A stretch of 64,000 bases of DNA, taken from assembly GCA_902623545.1 (NCBI GenBank), contig CACNUI010000003.1, positions 36,436 through 100,435 on the forward strand, in the 5' to 3' direction. This DNA comes from an uncultured Alphaproteobacteria bacterium (lineage in GTDB: Bacteria; Pseudomonadota; Alphaproteobacteria; HIMB59; GCA-002718135). The notes under the pieces are model-generated. The model was not told where the DNA came from. It did not search any database and saw only the letters and a list, made by a program, of their open reading frames with translations. This document shows positions 10,176 through 21,853 of the stretch, in pieces; the first letter of the stretch is position 1, and every line of letters begins with the position of its first letter. Both the position numbers and the translations under genes were made by a program.

Positions 10176-10955
10176 TTATTTTTTCCAAGCTGTAATTATA
10201 TTTAAATCAATATCTAAAATATAGTTATTGTTTTTAAAGTATTGGTTTTCATAAGTATCTTTTAGCATTCTAAAGTACTGCTTGTTTTCAATAAATTGTC
10301 TTTTATCATTATAACAATATGAAAGATTCATAGTTTTAATATCATTTAGTAATTTATCAAAATTTGAATATTCTATTCTTATCTTATCAGCATTAATTGT
10401 TGGTGCGTCAAACCTAAGTTTTTTTAGTAATTTAAATATCTCATTGACACTAACTGTGGGGTTGTGCCTTGAGTAACTGCCACTGTAAAGCATTTGATCT
10501 ACCTTATACATTGAATTAATTAATTGATAAATATTTTCACTACCTGGAATTATAAAGATAAATAAACCATTAGATTTAAGACTATCGAATATACTTTGTA
10601 AATTTTCTTCAATATTATCACAAATATGTAAAAAAAAATTACTGTAGACAATATCATATGTATTTTTTTTCAATTCTAAATTAGAGATATTGATTTTTAA
10701 ATAGTTTATTAATTTTTTATTTTGAAATTTTGACTCACAAATATCTCCCCTTGTAATTTTGCAATTAGAGAATTTATCTTTAATATAATCAAAAGTTAAA
10801 TCTTCGTTGATACCTATTTCTAAAATATCAGTAGCTGAAATCTTAAGCAGATCTAGAGAATCATTTATTCTTTTTGCAATTATTTCATAAATAAAGTTAT
10901 TCTTATTATATTTATTTTGTGATCTTAATAGTTTTAAAAATTTTTTATTTATCAT
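10176..10955 (-). CDS. Class I SAM-dependent methyltransferase-like protein (degenerate motif I)
   Basis: 259 aa. Methyltransferase-fold spacing (ILEIGINED ... YDIVYSNFFLH ... LKSNGLFIFIIPG). Substrate unknown. Confidence 0.55.
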   Translation of the reverse strand: MINKKFLKLLRSQNKYNKNNFIYEIIAKRINDSLDLLKISATDILEIGINEDLTFDYIKDKFSNCKITRGDICESKFQNKKLINYLKINISNLELKKNTYDIVYSNFFLHICDNIEENLQSIFDSLKSNGLFIFIIPGSENIYQLINSMYKVDQMLYSGSYSRHNPTVSVNEIFKLLKKLRFDAPTINADKIRIEYSNFDKLLNDIKTMNLSYCYNDKRQFIENKQYFRMLKDTYENQYFKNNNYILDIDLNIITAWKK

Positions 10956-10981
10956 TTGAATGTTTTGTGTAATATAATGTT

Positions 10982-11458
10982 ATGGATCTAGCAAATCAAA
11001 TTACTAATATTTTGACAGATGAATTATCGAACATTAGTGATAAATCAACGGGTATAGTTTTTTTAGAAAAATTAAAATATAAATTAATTGAAAAAATAGA
11101 AACTAATATTAAAAATAAAAATTTTAATGAATTTGAAAATATTAATCAAACAAAAATTGAAATAAATAAAAGAAAAATTAATTTTAAACTAATTATCTCT
11201 AGTTCTCCAAAAATATATTTAAATACGAAAATTAAAGCAAATCTTCTAGTTATTTGTCTCAAAGAAAGTCTAGGAATTAACATTCAAAATCAAAATAATA
11301 AAAAAAATTTTACGTTTAATTGTATTCCATTTACAGGAATAGTTTTACCTATTGATACAAAATGTAGTTTAAATCTAAATAAAAAATCGGTAATATTAGA
11401 GATATATTATGAAGACGATTTCTTGGATATTGAAAATACCAAAAAAAATATAATATAA
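10982..11458 (+). CDS. Hypothetical protein
   Basis: 158-aa ORF sitting in a tight coding context. No motif recognised. Confidence 0.55.
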   Translation: MDLANQITNILTDELSNISDKSTGIVFLEKLKYKLIEKIETNIKNKNFNEFENINQTKIEINKRKINFKLIISSSPKIYLNTKIKANLLVICLKESLGINIQNQNNKKNFTFNCIPFTGIVLPIDTKCSLNLNKKSVILEIYYEDDFLDIENTKKNII

Positions 11459-11463
11459 AGTAA

Positions 11464-11877
11464 ATGATAGTATTTAATCTTAGATGTAAAGATTGTGAAT
11501 TTAATTTTGAAGGATGGTTTGAGTCATCTGCTGAATTCATAAAGCAAAATAAAAAAAACCTAATCAATTGCCCGTCATGTGAAGGTGCTAAAATTGAAAA
11601 AGCTTTAATGGCACCAAATTTGAATAAAAAAAGTAACTCTAAACAAAAAAAATTAAAGAAATCAGTTGCCTCCAATATTACAAAACTAAAAAAGATAATT
11701 GAAAAAAACTTTGATTATGTTGGTGATAAATTTACAGAAGAAGCAAAGAAAATTAAATATGGAGAAGCAAAGGAGAGATCAATATATGGCGAAGCAACAT
11801 TAGATCAAAGAAGAGAATTAATTGAAGAAGAAATTGATATTATGCCCTTGCCATTTTCTACAAAGAAAAATAATTAA
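11464..11877 (+). CDS. DUF1178 family zinc-ribbon protein
   Basis: The N-terminus MIVFNLRCKDCEFNFEGWFESSAEF...CPSCEG matches the DUF1178 pattern (C..C..FE.WF.SS..F....CP.C). Confidence 0.75.
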   Translation: MIVFNLRCKDCEFNFEGWFESSAEFIKQNKKNLINCPSCEGAKIEKALMAPNLNKKSNSKQKKLKKSVASNITKLKKIIEKNFDYVGDKFTEEAKKIKYGEAKERSIYGEATLDQRRELIEEEIDIMPLPFSTKKNN

Positions 11878-11882
11878 AACAA

Positions 11883-12587
11883 TTAATTATACTCATATGT
11901 ACAAAAATAATTTATATTTGTATTATTAGTAAGTTTCCATTCATAATCCAATAAGCTAAATTCTAAACCTTTAATGTCCTTAAATTTTAAATTATTATTT
12001 TTTAAACAATTATGAATTTCACTTGGTTTTATAAATTTATTAAATTCGTGAGTGCCTTTTGGTATCCATTTAAGTATATTTTCAGCAATATAAATGGCAG
12101 AGATTTTAGAAATAACATTTCTGTTAATAGTGGATATAATTAAAATACCATTTTTCTTTAAATTTTTTTTAATTTTCATGATAAAAACTTTCCAATCATC
12201 TAAATGCTCTAAAATTTCAAACATAATTATTACATCAAACTTTTTTTTAATTTTTAATTTTTCTATATTTTGATTAATATAATTAATATTTAAATTATTT
12301 TTAGATGCGTGATCATTAGCAATTTTAATATTTTCTTTTACAAAATCAACACCAGTAACTACCGCACCTAATTTTGCTAATGACTCACTTACCAAACCGC
12401 CACCACATCCTAGATCCAAAATTTCTGCTTCTACGATATTTTTATTATTTAATTGATCTAATATATATCTAATTCTTAATGGTCTTATCTTATGAAGGAC
12501 ACTGAATTTACCATCTTCATCCCACCATTCCTTAGATAATTTATCAAAAAAATCATGTTCCTTATTATTTGTTTTAGTATTCATCAA
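11883..12587 (-). CDS. ubiG: Ubiquinone biosynthesis O-methyltransferase
   Basis: 234 aa with WWDEDGKFSVLHKIRPLRIRYI and the SAM motif LDLGCGGGLVSESLAKLGAVVTGVD. Confidence 0.88.
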   Translation of the reverse strand: MMNTKTNNKEHDFFDKLSKEWWDEDGKFSVLHKIRPLRIRYILDQLNNKNIVEAEILDLGCGGGLVSESLAKLGAVVTGVDFVKENIKIANDHASKNNLNINYINQNIEKLKIKKKFDVIIMFEILEHLDDWKVFIMKIKKNLKKNGILIISTINRNVISKISAIYIAENILKWIPKGTHEFNKFIKPSEIHNCLKNNNLKFKDIKGLEFSLLDYEWKLTNNTNINYFCTYEYN

Positions 12588-12649
12588 AATTCTTGTTTTT
12601 TATTACAATAATTATAATACCAAAGTTAATTAAATTTTAAATATAGTCA

Positions 12650-13867
12650 ATGAGTCTTATCGTAATGAAATTTGGAGGCACATCAGTTGCTGATATAAAT
12701 AAAATTAATAATGTTGCAGACATAGTATTAAAAGAACTTAAATCTAATAAAATAATAGTGGTATTATCTGCAATGGCTGGTGTTACTAATAAAATGCAAG
12801 AATATATTAATAATATAGAATCTAATGAAAGAATTGAAAATGATTTAATTTTAACTTCTGGTGAAAGTGTAACAATTGGAATTCTTTCATCAATTTTAAA
12901 AAAAAGAAATATAAAATCTCTTCCTCTACTTGGTTGGCAGGTTCCAATAGTTACAGACGATAATCATCAAAAGGCAAAAATTTTAAATATTGATAAAAAG
13001 AGAATTAATACTTTTCTTGAATTTAATGATGTATTAGTTATAGCAGGTTTTCAAGGTGTTGATCTTAGCGGAAACATTACCTCTTTAGGAAGAGGTGGAT
13101 CTGATACAACTGCAGTAGCCATAGCATCTGCAGTTAACGCAGACAGATGTGATATATATACTGATGTTGATGGAGTTTATAGCGCTGACCCAAACATTGT
13201 ATCTAAGGCAAAAAAAATCCCACAGATGGCTTATGAAGAAATGTTAGAAATGGCTTCAACTGGAGCGAAAGTTTTACACACGAGATCTGTTGAGTTAGCA
13301 ATGAAAAATAATCTTGTTTTACAAGTGTTGTCATCAATAACTAAAAAATCTGGAACTTTAATTTTGGATGAAAAGAATTTAATTGAAAAAGAAATAGTTA
13401 GTGGAGTAAGCTATAGTATGGCTGAATCTAAAGTAACTATCTCAGGTATACCTGATAAACCAGGTATTTCTGCACAAATATTTGGACTCTTAGCAGATCA
13501 AAATATTAATGTAGATATGATAGTTCAAAATATATCTCAAGATGGTATAAATGCTAATATTACTTTTACAGTACCAAACAATGAATTAAATTTAGCAAAA
13601 GAAACGTTAAAAAATAACTTGAATAAAATAAATTACAAATCCTTGCAAACAGATGAAAATGTTTCTAAAATATCTGTTATTGGTATGGGAATGATGTCAC
13701 AATCGGGAGTAGCTCAAAAAATGTTTAAAACATTAGCAGATAATTCTATAAATATACTTGCAATATCTACATCTGAAATAAAAATAAGCGTATTAATTGA
13801 TGAAAGATATACTAATATTGCTGTAAAATCTTTACATGAAGCATATAATTTAATTAATAAAAAATGA
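12650..13867 (+). CDS. lysC: Aspartate kinase
   Basis: 405 aa with MKFGGTSV and LGRGGSDTTA, plus two C-terminal ACT-like domains. Confidence 0.94.
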   Translation: MSLIVMKFGGTSVADINKINNVADIVLKELKSNKIIVVLSAMAGVTNKMQEYINNIESNERIENDLILTSGESVTIGILSSILKKRNIKSLPLLGWQVPIVTDDNHQKAKILNIDKKRINTFLEFNDVLVIAGFQGVDLSGNITSLGRGGSDTTAVAIASAVNADRCDIYTDVDGVYSADPNIVSKAKKIPQMAYEEMLEMASTGAKVLHTRSVELAMKNNLVLQVLSSITKKSGTLILDEKNLIEKEIVSGVSYSMAESKVTISGIPDKPGISAQIFGLLADQNINVDMIVQNISQDGINANITFTVPNNELNLAKETLKNNLNKINYKSLQTDENVSKISVIGMGMMSQSGVAQKMFKTLADNSINILAISTSEIKISVLIDERYTNIAVKSLHEAYNLINKK

Positions 13868-14667
13868 AAACAGTTGGTGAATTATTAAAATCTGCAAGAC
13901 TCGATAATAACTTATCTTTAGATGATGTTTCAAAAGAATTAAATGTATCTAAAGATATAATCGAAAAGTTTGAGTTAAATGATATTCAAGTTGATAAAGA
14001 TATAGTTTTTTATATCGGTCATTTAAGGTCATATTGTAATTATTTAAAAATTGATGCTGATTTTATTTTAGAAAATTTTAAAAAGGAAATATCTTATTTT
14101 AAAGTTGATGTAGTAGATGAGCTTCCTAAGCCATCTATAGAAAATAGAAATTTTAGATTTAAAAAATATTTTCCAATAACAACAATCGTATTTATATTTA
14201 TTAGTTTTTATATACTATTTGTAAATGACTTTAGTACTGATGAACAATATGCTTTGATTCCTGACCTACCTGAAAACTATATTCCAGTAATTGAAATGGC
14301 AGATATGAATAAAGTAGTAGAATTAAAATCAAAAAATAATGAACCACCAAAAAATCTTGAAATAAATAATTTTACTTCAGCAAACGCATCGACTGAACAA
14401 AATATTAATGAACAAAAACACAAAGTAACATTAAAAATTTTAAATCCAACTTGGCTTCAATTAAGGAATGATAAAAATGATATAATTATTAGCCGATTAA
14501 TGGAGAAAGATGAAGAATTCAGCTATGATATGAATTTAGAATATAACATTACATCAGGAAACGCTGGAAATATATTAGTAATTATAGACAATAATGTACG
14601 TGGAAAAATTGGAAAATATGGTGATATTGTTGATTCTTTTATTTTAGATAAAAATTTTAATAACTAG
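13864..14667 (+). CDS. RodZ-like HTH membrane protein (HTH + TM + DUF4115)
   Basis: 267 aa. N-terminal HTH (VGELLKSARLDNNLSLDDVSKEL), a central TM helix and a C-terminal DUF4115-like domain. Sits upstream of ispG as in many proteobacteria. ATGA overlap with lysC. Confidence 0.75.
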   Translation: MKTVGELLKSARLDNNLSLDDVSKELNVSKDIIEKFELNDIQVDKDIVFYIGHLRSYCNYLKIDADFILENFKKEISYFKVDVVDELPKPSIENRNFRFKKYFPITTIVFIFISFYILFVNDFSTDEQYALIPDLPENYIPVIEMADMNKVVELKSKNNEPPKNLEINNFTSANASTEQNINEQKHKVTLKILNPTWLQLRNDKNDIIISRLMEKDEEFSYDMNLEYNITSGNAGNILVIIDNNVRGKIGKYGDIVDSFILDKNFNN

Positions 14668-14671
14668 CTAA

Positions 14672-15769
14672 ATGCTAAGACCCTACCAAAATATAGAAAG
14701 AAGAAAATCACGCGTAATTAACGTCGGGAATATAAAAATAGGTGCAAACAATCCTATAGCTGTTCAAACAATGACAAATACTTTAACATCAAATCCAATT
14801 GAAACAATTTCGCAAATAGAAAGATGCGCTAAATTAGGTGCAGATATAGTTCGTGTGTCTGTACCTGATAAGGAATCGACAAATGCTTTAAAAGAAATTT
14901 GTAAAAAAAGTAGAGTTCCAATTATTGCAGATGTTCATTTTCATTACAAAAGAGCAATTGAAGCTGCAGAAAATGGAGCATCTTGTTTAAGGATAAATCC
15001 AGGAAATATTGGAAGTGTAGAAAGAATTAAAGAAATCATAAAAGCAGCAAAAAATAATAATTGTTCTATAAGAGTTGGTGTAAACGCCGGCAGTCTTGAA
15101 AAACAAATACTTGAAAAATACTCTGAGCCTAATCCAGAAGCATTAGTAGAGAGTGCAAAACTTAATATAAAAATTCTAGAAGATAATTATTTCACTAACT
15201 TCAAAATTAGTGTCAAATCTTCTGATATATTTATGTCTATTAGTGCCTACAATAAACTGGCAAAAATATGTGATTATCCACTACATTTAGGTATTACTGA
15301 AGCTGGAGGCAGAAGAACTGGATCGATAAAATCATCTATAGGAATAGGTAATTTATTATTGTCTGGAATTGGAGATACAATAAGAGTATCATTATCAGAT
15401 GATCCTGAGGAGGAAGTTAAGGTCGGATTTGAAATTTTGAAAAGTCTAGGTCTTAGAAATAGAGGTGTAAAAATTATATCTTGTCCTTCATGTGCTAGAC
15501 AGCAGTTTCAAGTAATAAATACAGTAAAAAATTTAGAAAGAAGATTAGAGGATATTTCTACACCAATTACTGTTTCAATAATAGGCTGTGTAGTCAATGG
15601 GCCAGGAGAGGCAACAATGACAGATATAGGAATTACAGGTGGTGGGAATAATACACATATGATTTATTTAAATGGAAAAAAAAATAATGTCGTAAAAAAT
15701 ATTGATTTAGAAGATTATCTAGAAAATTTAATTCGAAAAAAATCAAAGGAAATGGAGTTATCAAGCTAA
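14672..15769 (+). CDS. ispG: 4-hydroxy-3-methylbut-2-en-1-yl diphosphate synthase
   Basis: 365 aa with [17 protein letters not shown] and [10 protein letters not shown] motifs. Confidence 0.95.
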   Translation: MLRPYQNIERRKSRVINVGNIKIGANNPIAVQTMTNTLTSNPIETISQIERCAKLGADIVRVSVPDKESTNALKEICKKSRVPIIADVHFHYKRAIEAAENGASCLRINPGNIGSVERIKEIIKAAKNNNCSIRVGVNAGSLEKQILEKYSEPNPEALVESAKLNIKILEDNYFTNFKISVKSSDIFMSISAYNKLAKICDYPLHLGITEAGGRRTGSIKSSIGIGNLLLSGIGDTIRVSLSDDPEEEVKVGFEILKSLGLRNRGVKIISCPSCARQQFQVINTVKNLERRLEDISTPITVSIIGCVVNGPGEATMTDIGITGGGNNTHMIYLNGKKNNVVKNIDLEDYLENLIRKKSKEMELSS

Positions 15770-15770
15770 T

Positions 15771-17012
15771 ATGAAATTACGATCTGTAAGAGGAACTCAT
15801 GATTTGTATGGTCACGATATTAATAAATATAATAGGATTTATAACATCGTGTCAAAACACGCCTTGTTAAATAATTTTATAGAATTACAAACCCCTATTT
15901 TTGAATTTACAGATTTATTTTCTAAACCTTTAGGCGATCAATCAGATGTTGTCCTTAAAGAAATGTACACTTTTAAAGATAGAAATGAGGATTTGTTAAC
16001 TTTACGTCCAGAATATACGACGCCTATGATTAGAGCTGCAATTACAAATAATCTTTTAGAGGAACTGCCTTTAAAAATTTATGGTTTAGGCCCAATGTTT
16101 AGAAGGGAAAGACCTCAAAAAGGAAGATATAGGCAATTTAACCAAATAAACTTTGAAGTTTTCGGTTCAAGTGATTTTATTATTGACCTAGAACTAATAT
16201 CTTTAGCTAATGAAATATTAAATTCAATAATACCTAGTGATAAATATACACTAAATATAAATTCTCTTGGAGATTACAAAAATTTAAAAAATTATAAAGA
16301 AAGCTTAAGTAAATATTTTAATCAAAATAAAACAAAACTCTCAATTGAGAGTAAAATAAAAATTGATAAAAATCCAATTAGAATTTTAGATTCAAAAAAT
16401 GATGATGATATAATGGTTTCAAAAAATGCTCCAAAAATTTATGAATTTCTATCTGATGAATGTAAAATACATTATGAAAATATTAAAAAAGGTTTAGAGC
16501 TTTATAATATAGATTATGCAGAAAATTCTAATTTAGTTAGAGGTTTAGATTATTATTGCAGTACAGTCTTCGAATTTAAAACAAAAGATCTTGGTAGTCA
16601 GGATACTCTTATTGGTGGTGGGAGATATGATGGTTTGATAGGATCACTAGGCGGACCTAATATTCCTGGAATTGGATGGGCTGCAGGAGTTGAAAGAATT
16701 TCAATGTTAATGGAAGAAATTAATGTTGACGAACCCCGTATTCATATTGCGATCTCAGATGAGAAATTTAAAAACCACCTTATAAAAATTATAAATTATT
16801 TTAGAAAAAACGAGATTATTTTTTTCTGGAATTATAAATATAATTTAAAAAAATCATTATCAAAAGCTAATTTTAAAAATGCAGACTTTGTTGTGATAAT
16901 TGGAGAGAATGAATTTAACAATAATTTTTATACATTAAAGCAACTAAGCACAGGTAATCAATTCGAGCTGGATATTGATAACATTAAAAAATTTTTAAAT
17001 GATAAATTTTGA
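15771..17012 (+). CDS. hisS: Histidine--tRNA ligase
   Basis: 413 aa with [28 protein letters not shown] (motif 2) and GGGRYDGL (motif 3). Confidence 0.95.
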   Translation: MKLRSVRGTHDLYGHDINKYNRIYNIVSKHALLNNFIELQTPIFEFTDLFSKPLGDQSDVVLKEMYTFKDRNEDLLTLRPEYTTPMIRAAITNNLLEELPLKIYGLGPMFRRERPQKGRYRQFNQINFEVFGSSDFIIDLELISLANEILNSIIPSDKYTLNINSLGDYKNLKNYKESLSKYFNQNKTKLSIESKIKIDKNPIRILDSKNDDDIMVSKNAPKIYEFLSDECKIHYENIKKGLELYNIDYAENSNLVRGLDYYCSTVFEFKTKDLGSQDTLIGGGRYDGLIGSLGGPNIPGIGWAAGVERISMLMEEINVDEPRIHIAISDEKFKNHLIKIINYFRKNEIIFFWNYKYNLKKSLSKANFKNADFVVIIGENEFNNNFYTLKQLSTGNQFELDIDNIKKFLNDKF

Positions 17013-18075
17013 TACTCAATTTACAAATATATTAGATAAATATAATAAAATTGAAAACTCATTGAATACTATGGATAATTCAAATTCAGAAAATTTGATA
17101 AAACTAAATAGGGAATATGCAGAATTAAAACCAATAGTTGATAAAATAGAAGAATATAGAAAAGAGCAGCAAGAAATATTAAACCTTGGTGAATTAATTA
17201 AAGACTCTGATCAAGAAATAATTAAAATTGCTGAAAAAGAGTTAATTGAAAAAAAGAATATAATAAAATTACTTGAGAACGAACTATTACGTTTATTATT
17301 ACCCAAAGATTTAAATGATTCAAAAAATTCAATCTTAGAAATAAGAGCTGGTACAGGTGGAGATGAAGCATCTTTATTTGCATCGGATTTATTATCAATG
17401 TATCAAAAGTATGCCGATCTAAATTCATGGAATTTTGAAATACTATCAATATCGGAAACTGGCTTAAAGGGTGTTAAGGAAGTTATATGTAATATATCTG
17501 GCAACAATGTATTTGCAAAGCTTAAATATGAATCTGGAGTACACCGAGTTCAAAGAATTCCAACAACTGAGAGTAATGGCAGAGTTCATACTTCTGCAGC
17601 GACTGTTGCAGTTCTACCAGAGGCAGAAGAAATTGATATAGATATACAGGAAAAAGATTTAAGAATTGATGTATTTAGGTCAAGTGGTCCAGGTGGACAA
17701 TCTGTTAACACAACCGATAGTGCAGTTAGGATTACACATATACCTAGTGGAATAGTAGTGTCTCAACAAGATGAAAAATCACAACACAAAAATAAAGCTA
17801 AAGCTATGAAAATTTTAAGATCAAGATTATTAGATAATGAAATTCAATTAAAAAATAAAGAAAGATCTGAAAATAGAAAAACACAAGTTGGCTCAGGTGA
17901 TAGATCAGAAAGAATTAGAACTTATAATTTTCCACAAGGAAGAGTATCCGATCATAGAATTAATTTAACTCTTTATAATTTATCTGAAATTTTGGCTGGA
18001 AAAATTGAAGACTTAATTAATCCATTAATAGCTGAGGAAGAAAGTAAAAAACTTGCAGATATGCAAAATGAATAA
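16999..18075 (+). CDS. prfA: Peptide chain release factor 1
   Basis: 358 aa with the GGQ motif ([16 protein letters not shown]) and the RF1-type recognition loop [15 protein letters not shown]. Overlaps the hisS end by 14 nt. Confidence 0.95.
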   Translation: MINFDTQFTNILDKYNKIENSLNTMDNSNSENLIKLNREYAELKPIVDKIEEYRKEQQEILNLGELIKDSDQEIIKIAEKELIEKKNIIKLLENELLRLLLPKDLNDSKNSILEIRAGTGGDEASLFASDLLSMYQKYADLNSWNFEILSISETGLKGVKEVICNISGNNVFAKLKYESGVHRVQRIPTTESNGRVHTSAATVAVLPEAEEIDIDIQEKDLRIDVFRSSGPGGQSVNTTDSAVRITHIPSGIVVSQQDEKSQHKNKAKAMKILRSRLLDNEIQLKNKERSENRKTQVGSGDRSERIRTYNFPQGRVSDHRINLTLYNLSEILAGKIEDLINPLIAEEESKKLADMQNE

Positions 18076-18898
18076 CATTATAAAAAGTAGCCTTCTTGAA
18101 TTAAAAAAAAAAAATTTTTTAAATCCTGAGCTTGACTTGAAATTACTTCTTCAAGAAGCTTCATATAAAAAAAAAGAAATAATATTAAGTAATTTAAATA
18201 TTGATGACATTGACATTAATTATTTTAATTTATTAATTTCAAAAAGATTAAATAGGGAGCCAGTATCCAAAATTCTCAAAAGAAAATATTTTTGGAAAAA
18301 TCAATTTTTTGTTAATTCTGATGTATTAGACCCTAGGCCAGAATCAGAATTGATAATTGAAGAAGTATTGAAAAACATAAATGACAGAGATAAGAGTATG
18401 AAAATATTAGATGTAGGTACAGGATCTGGCTGTTTGGCAATTTCATTAGCAAAAGAATTAAAAAATTCCAAAGTTACAGCTATCGATGTTTCACAAAAAG
18501 CTTTGGCAGTGGCCAAAAAAAACGTGAAGCTACATAATATGGGCAATCAAATAGAAATAAAAAATAGGAAAATAGAAAATATAAAAAATAAATTTGATAT
18601 TATTGTTTCTAATCCACCATATATAAATGAAAATGAATATAGAAACCTACAAGTAGAAATTAGAAATTTTGAACCAAAGGTTGCATTGCTGGGTGGGGAA
18701 GATGGATTAAAATTCTATAGATTATTTGCAGAAAATGTTGAAGGAATAATGAATAAAAACTCAATATTTATTTGTGAAATTGGTAGTAGTCAGTTAAATT
18801 CATGTAAATCAATCTTTAGTAAAACAAACTTAATTTTAAAAAAAATATCAAAGGATTTACAAAATATTGACAGAACACTGACATTTTTAAAGATATGA
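18068..18898 (+). CDS. prmC: Release factor glutamine N5-methyltransferase
   Basis: Motifs [13 protein letters not shown] and VSNPPYI. I prefer ATG 18068 (MNNIIKSS) over the track TTG at 18053. Confidence 0.9.
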   Translation: MNNIIKSSLLELKKKNFLNPELDLKLLLQEASYKKKEIILSNLNIDDIDINYFNLLISKRLNREPVSKILKRKYFWKNQFFVNSDVLDPRPESELIIEEVLKNINDRDKSMKILDVGTGSGCLAISLAKELKNSKVTAIDVSQKALAVAKKNVKLHNMGNQIEIKNRKIENIKNKFDIIVSNPPYINENEYRNLQVEIRNFEPKVALLGGEDGLKFYRLFAENVEGIMNKNSIFICEIGSSQLNSCKSIFSKTNLILKKISKDLQNIDRTLTFLKI

Positions 18899-18988
18899 GT
18901 TGAATTTTTTTTTTATCTATATATAGATGCGATAAATAAATTAACATTTTTAATTAAAAATTAAATATATTAATTTCCATTAAATATT

Positions 18989-19405
18989 ATGTATAAAAAA
19001 AATATCGGTAGAACGACGTATAAATCAAATCGGAGAACAACTTTTAAAAAAAGTGGTTACCAAAATTTTAAAGGTAGAAATAAAGGTAATATATCTCAAC
19101 AATATAATAAATATTTAAAATTGGCTAAGGAAGCATTTAGATCAGGTGATCGAGTCCAATCAGAATATTATTATCAATTTACAGATCACTATTATAGATT
19201 AATGATTGAACTAGGTATTAATATTGAAGATACTTCACAACTTGAAGAATTAAAAGAAATATCAACTGAAGAAAAAGATAATTCAAACTCAGATGTATCT
19301 TCTAATGAACCTGAAACAGAAAAAGAATCTAATCAAGACTCAATTGAATCAATACCTTTCATTGCAGAGCCATCAAAGGATAAAAGAACTAGATCTAATA
19401 AATAA
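18989..19405 (+). CDS. DUF4167 domain protein
   Basis: 138 aa. QQYNKYLKLAKEAFRSGDRVQSEYYYQFTDHYYRLM matches the DUF4167 core, which commonly follows prmC in alphaproteobacteria (recalled). Confidence 0.75.
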   Translation: MYKKNIGRTTYKSNRRTTFKKSGYQNFKGRNKGNISQQYNKYLKLAKEAFRSGDRVQSEYYYQFTDHYYRLMIELGINIEDTSQLEELKEISTEEKDNSNSDVSSNEPETEKESNQDSIESIPFIAEPSKDKRTRSNK

Positions 19406-19406
19406 A

Positions 19407-20708
19407 TTATTCATATAAAAGATTTAAATGGTCAGCGTATATCTTTTTATATTCTTTGTTAAATCTTTTTAATTCATCTCCTTTTAATATTTTTCCTGAC
19501 GGTAATTTTAAATTTAAGGGATTTATTTGTTTATTCTTAAATAATATTTCATAATGTAAATGTGGACCTGTAGATCTCCCGGTAGAACCTACATATCCAA
19601 TTATATCACCTTGATTAACTCTTACACCTTGTGAAATTCCTTTTTTATAATTTGATAAATGAGCGTAAGCTGTTTTATAATCATTATTATGTCTAATTCT
19701 AATATATTTACCATATCCACCATTGTAACCTATATATTCGACAACTCCATTTCCACCAGCGTATATAGGGGTTCCTATTGGAGCGGCAAAATCGACTCCT
19801 TTGTGCATCTTATTAAATCCAGAAATAGGATGTTTTCTCATTCCAAAGTTAGATGAAATCCTTGCACCGTCAAGAGGAGTTTTTAAGATTGATTTTTTAA
19901 CATTTTTACCTTCTCTATTAAAATAATCAGTATAACCCTCATCTGTTAAAAATTTAAAATATTCAATTTTTTTTTCATTAATAGAAATTAATGCATAATT
20001 TATGTCTTTGTACTTAATTGAATTATTTTCTTTAATTTCTATATACTCAAAAGAAAGAGAAACTAATGTATTTACTCTTATATCTCTTTGAAAATCTAAA
20101 TCAAAACTAAACAGTTTTATTAAATCTATTAATATGCTTTGTGGAATATCATTTTTCAATCCATCGGAATATAAGGATTCAAGTATATAAAATTCTTTTG
20201 ACACTTGATGAATTTCTTTTTTAAGTTTTTTTTCAAAAACATTAATTTTTTCTGACATTTCAATAACTAATACATTATCAATTTCTTTATATATTTCTAT
20301 TTTTTGAACTTCTTTATTATTATTTAAAAAGAAATTAATTTCCTGGCCAATGTTTAACTTACGTAAATCAAAATATGCCCCAATTATATTAATTATTTCA
20401 AAAATTTCTCTTTCAGATAGATTAAATTTATTTAAGATTGATGAAAAAGTATCTCCTTTTAAAACGTTTATTTTTTGTTTTTGAAATTCTTCACCTACTT
20501 TTTGAAGTGTAATTTTTTTATTATTATTTTCAATTTGTATTTTTGTTATTTCTTCAAAATTATCTGATTCTTTATTTTCTATTTTACTGGTTTTGATATG
20601 ATTGTTTGAAAAGTTGACCTTAATTAAATTTAAATAGTTAGTATAAATAAAGTAAAACCCTATAACTATCAAAGTTAAATAAACAAAGTACTTAATATTT
20701 AGAATCAC
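19407..20708 (-). CDS. M23 family metallopeptidase (membrane-anchored)
   Basis: 433 aa. N-terminal TM helix. C-terminal HKGVDFAAPIGTPIYA and GPHLHYEI zinc-binding motifs. Confidence 0.9.
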   Translation of the reverse strand: MILNIKYFVYLTLIVIGFYFIYTNYLNLIKVNFSNNHIKTSKIENKESDNFEEITKIQIENNNKKITLQKVGEEFQKQKINVLKGDTFSSILNKFNLSEREIFEIINIIGAYFDLRKLNIGQEINFFLNNNKEVQKIEIYKEIDNVLVIEMSEKINVFEKKLKKEIHQVSKEFYILESLYSDGLKNDIPQSILIDLIKLFSFDLDFQRDIRVNTLVSLSFEYIEIKENNSIKYKDINYALISINEKKIEYFKFLTDEGYTDYFNREGKNVKKSILKTPLDGARISSNFGMRKHPISGFNKMHKGVDFAAPIGTPIYAGGNGVVEYIGYNGGYGKYIRIRHNNDYKTAYAHLSNYKKGISQGVRVNQGDIIGYVGSTGRSTGPHLHYEILFKNKQINPLNLKLPSGKILKGDELKRFNKEYKKIYADHLNLLYE

Positions 20709-21172
20709 TTTATATAATTTGAATTATAATAATTTAGAGGTTTTAACTTATCATTACTTTTTACTCTTAGTACTTCACAAATAAAAATTATATGATCTCC
20801 TTTTTTAATTTTATCTATTAATTTGCATTCTAAATACCCAATACAATTTGGTAAAAAAAAAGTATTGTGAATACCTTTAAGAAATTTAATTTTTTTAGTA
20901 TCTGGATTTTTTTGTGAGAAATGATCTGAAAATTTTTTTTGATTTTGTGAAAGTATATTTACAGTTAAGTATTTTGAGTTAAGAAAAGTATTTATTGATG
21001 AAGAATAATTACCTAATGAAAATAATATTAAGGGCGGGTTTAAAGATAAAGAATTAAAAGAGTTTACTGTTTTACCATGAACTTGGCCATTTTTTTCTGC
21101 AAAAATAACTGTCACTCCAGTAGTAAATTTACTTAATGTTTTTTTAAAATTTTTTTTGTTAGTTTTTCTCAT
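20705..21172 (-). CDS. Flavin reductase-like protein
   Basis: 155 aa. TTGVTVIFAE...GKTVNSFNSLSLNPPLILFSL fits the flavin reductase domain pattern. Confidence 0.75.
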   Translation of the reverse strand: MRKTNKKNFKKTLSKFTTGVTVIFAEKNGQVHGKTVNSFNSLSLNPPLILFSLGNYSSSINTFLNSKYLTVNILSQNQKKFSDHFSQKNPDTKKIKFLKGIHNTFFLPNCIGYLECKLIDKIKKGDHIIFICEVLRVKSNDKLKPLNYYNSNYIK

Positions 21173-21669
21173 AATTTTTTTTGCATATAAACTGAATCAA
21201 TCCACTTATTTTTTTTAAAACCGATCTTTTTTAAAGTTCCAATATGTTTAAATCCATTTTTTTCATGAATTTTAATTGAAGCAATATTATCAGAACCTCC
21301 AATCACCGCTATAAGATTTTTTATTTTTTTATTTTTTTTACATTCATTTATTAATTTTCTTAAAAGTAAAGATCCAAGTCCTTGATTAGTGTTATTTGGG
21401 CTAATATAAATTGAGTGTTCGAAAGTAAATCTATAACCACTTTTTTCTCTAAACTTATTTACAAAGGCAATTCCTACAACTTTATTTTGTATTTTCAATA
21501 AAAGTAATGGTAGTTTGTTTTGTCTGATTGCAATTAGCATTTCATTGAATTTTTGGATTGAGAGGACTTTTTCCTCAAAATTAGATAAAGAATTTAAAAT
21601 GAAATAATTATATATTTTTAAACCCTCTATAATTTCTCTTCTATCAATATTATTTGTTTTAATTTCCAT
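21169..21669 (-). CDS. GNAT family N-acetyltransferase (phosphinothricin-acetyltransferase-like)
   Basis: 166 aa with the acetyl-CoA motif QGLGSLLLRKLINECKK and HEKNGF. Confidence 0.8.
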   Translation of the reverse strand: MEIKTNNIDRREIIEGLKIYNYFILNSLSNFEEKVLSIQKFNEMLIAIRQNKLPLLLLKIQNKVVGIAFVNKFREKSGYRFTFEHSIYISPNNTNQGLGSLLLRKLINECKKNKKIKNLIAVIGGSDNIASIKIHEKNGFKHIGTLKKIGFKKNKWIDSVYMQKKL

Positions 21670-21722
21670 TTTACTTGGATATCTATAGATTTATTTAAAT
21701 TTAGGAATATTTATTTAAATAT

Positions 21723-21797
21723 GGGTGTGTAGCTCAGCGGTAGAGCACTGCCTCGACACGGCAGTGGTCACAGGTTCAATCCCTGTCACACCCACCA
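21723..21797 (+). tRNA. tRNA-Val (anticodon GAC), CCA encoded
   Basis: Hand-folded cloverleaf. Acceptor GGGTGTG/CACACCC, D arm GCTC-AGCGGTA-GAGC, anticodon arm CTGCC-TCGACAC-GGCAG, T arm ACAGG-TTCAATC-CCTGT, then ACCA. 75 nt. Confidence 0.92.
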
Positions 21798-21853
21798 TTT
21801 AAATTTATTAATTAATGTTCTTGAATTTTAATAATACGATCTAAATAGATTAT

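Noticed and set aside
18915-18928. The AT-only palindrome ATCTATATATAGAT, preceded by a T10 run, after prmC
   Set aside because: The T-run precedes rather than follows the palindrome on the + strand, and becomes an A-run on the other strand. The stem is all A-T apart from one G-C pair. It is not a credible terminator.
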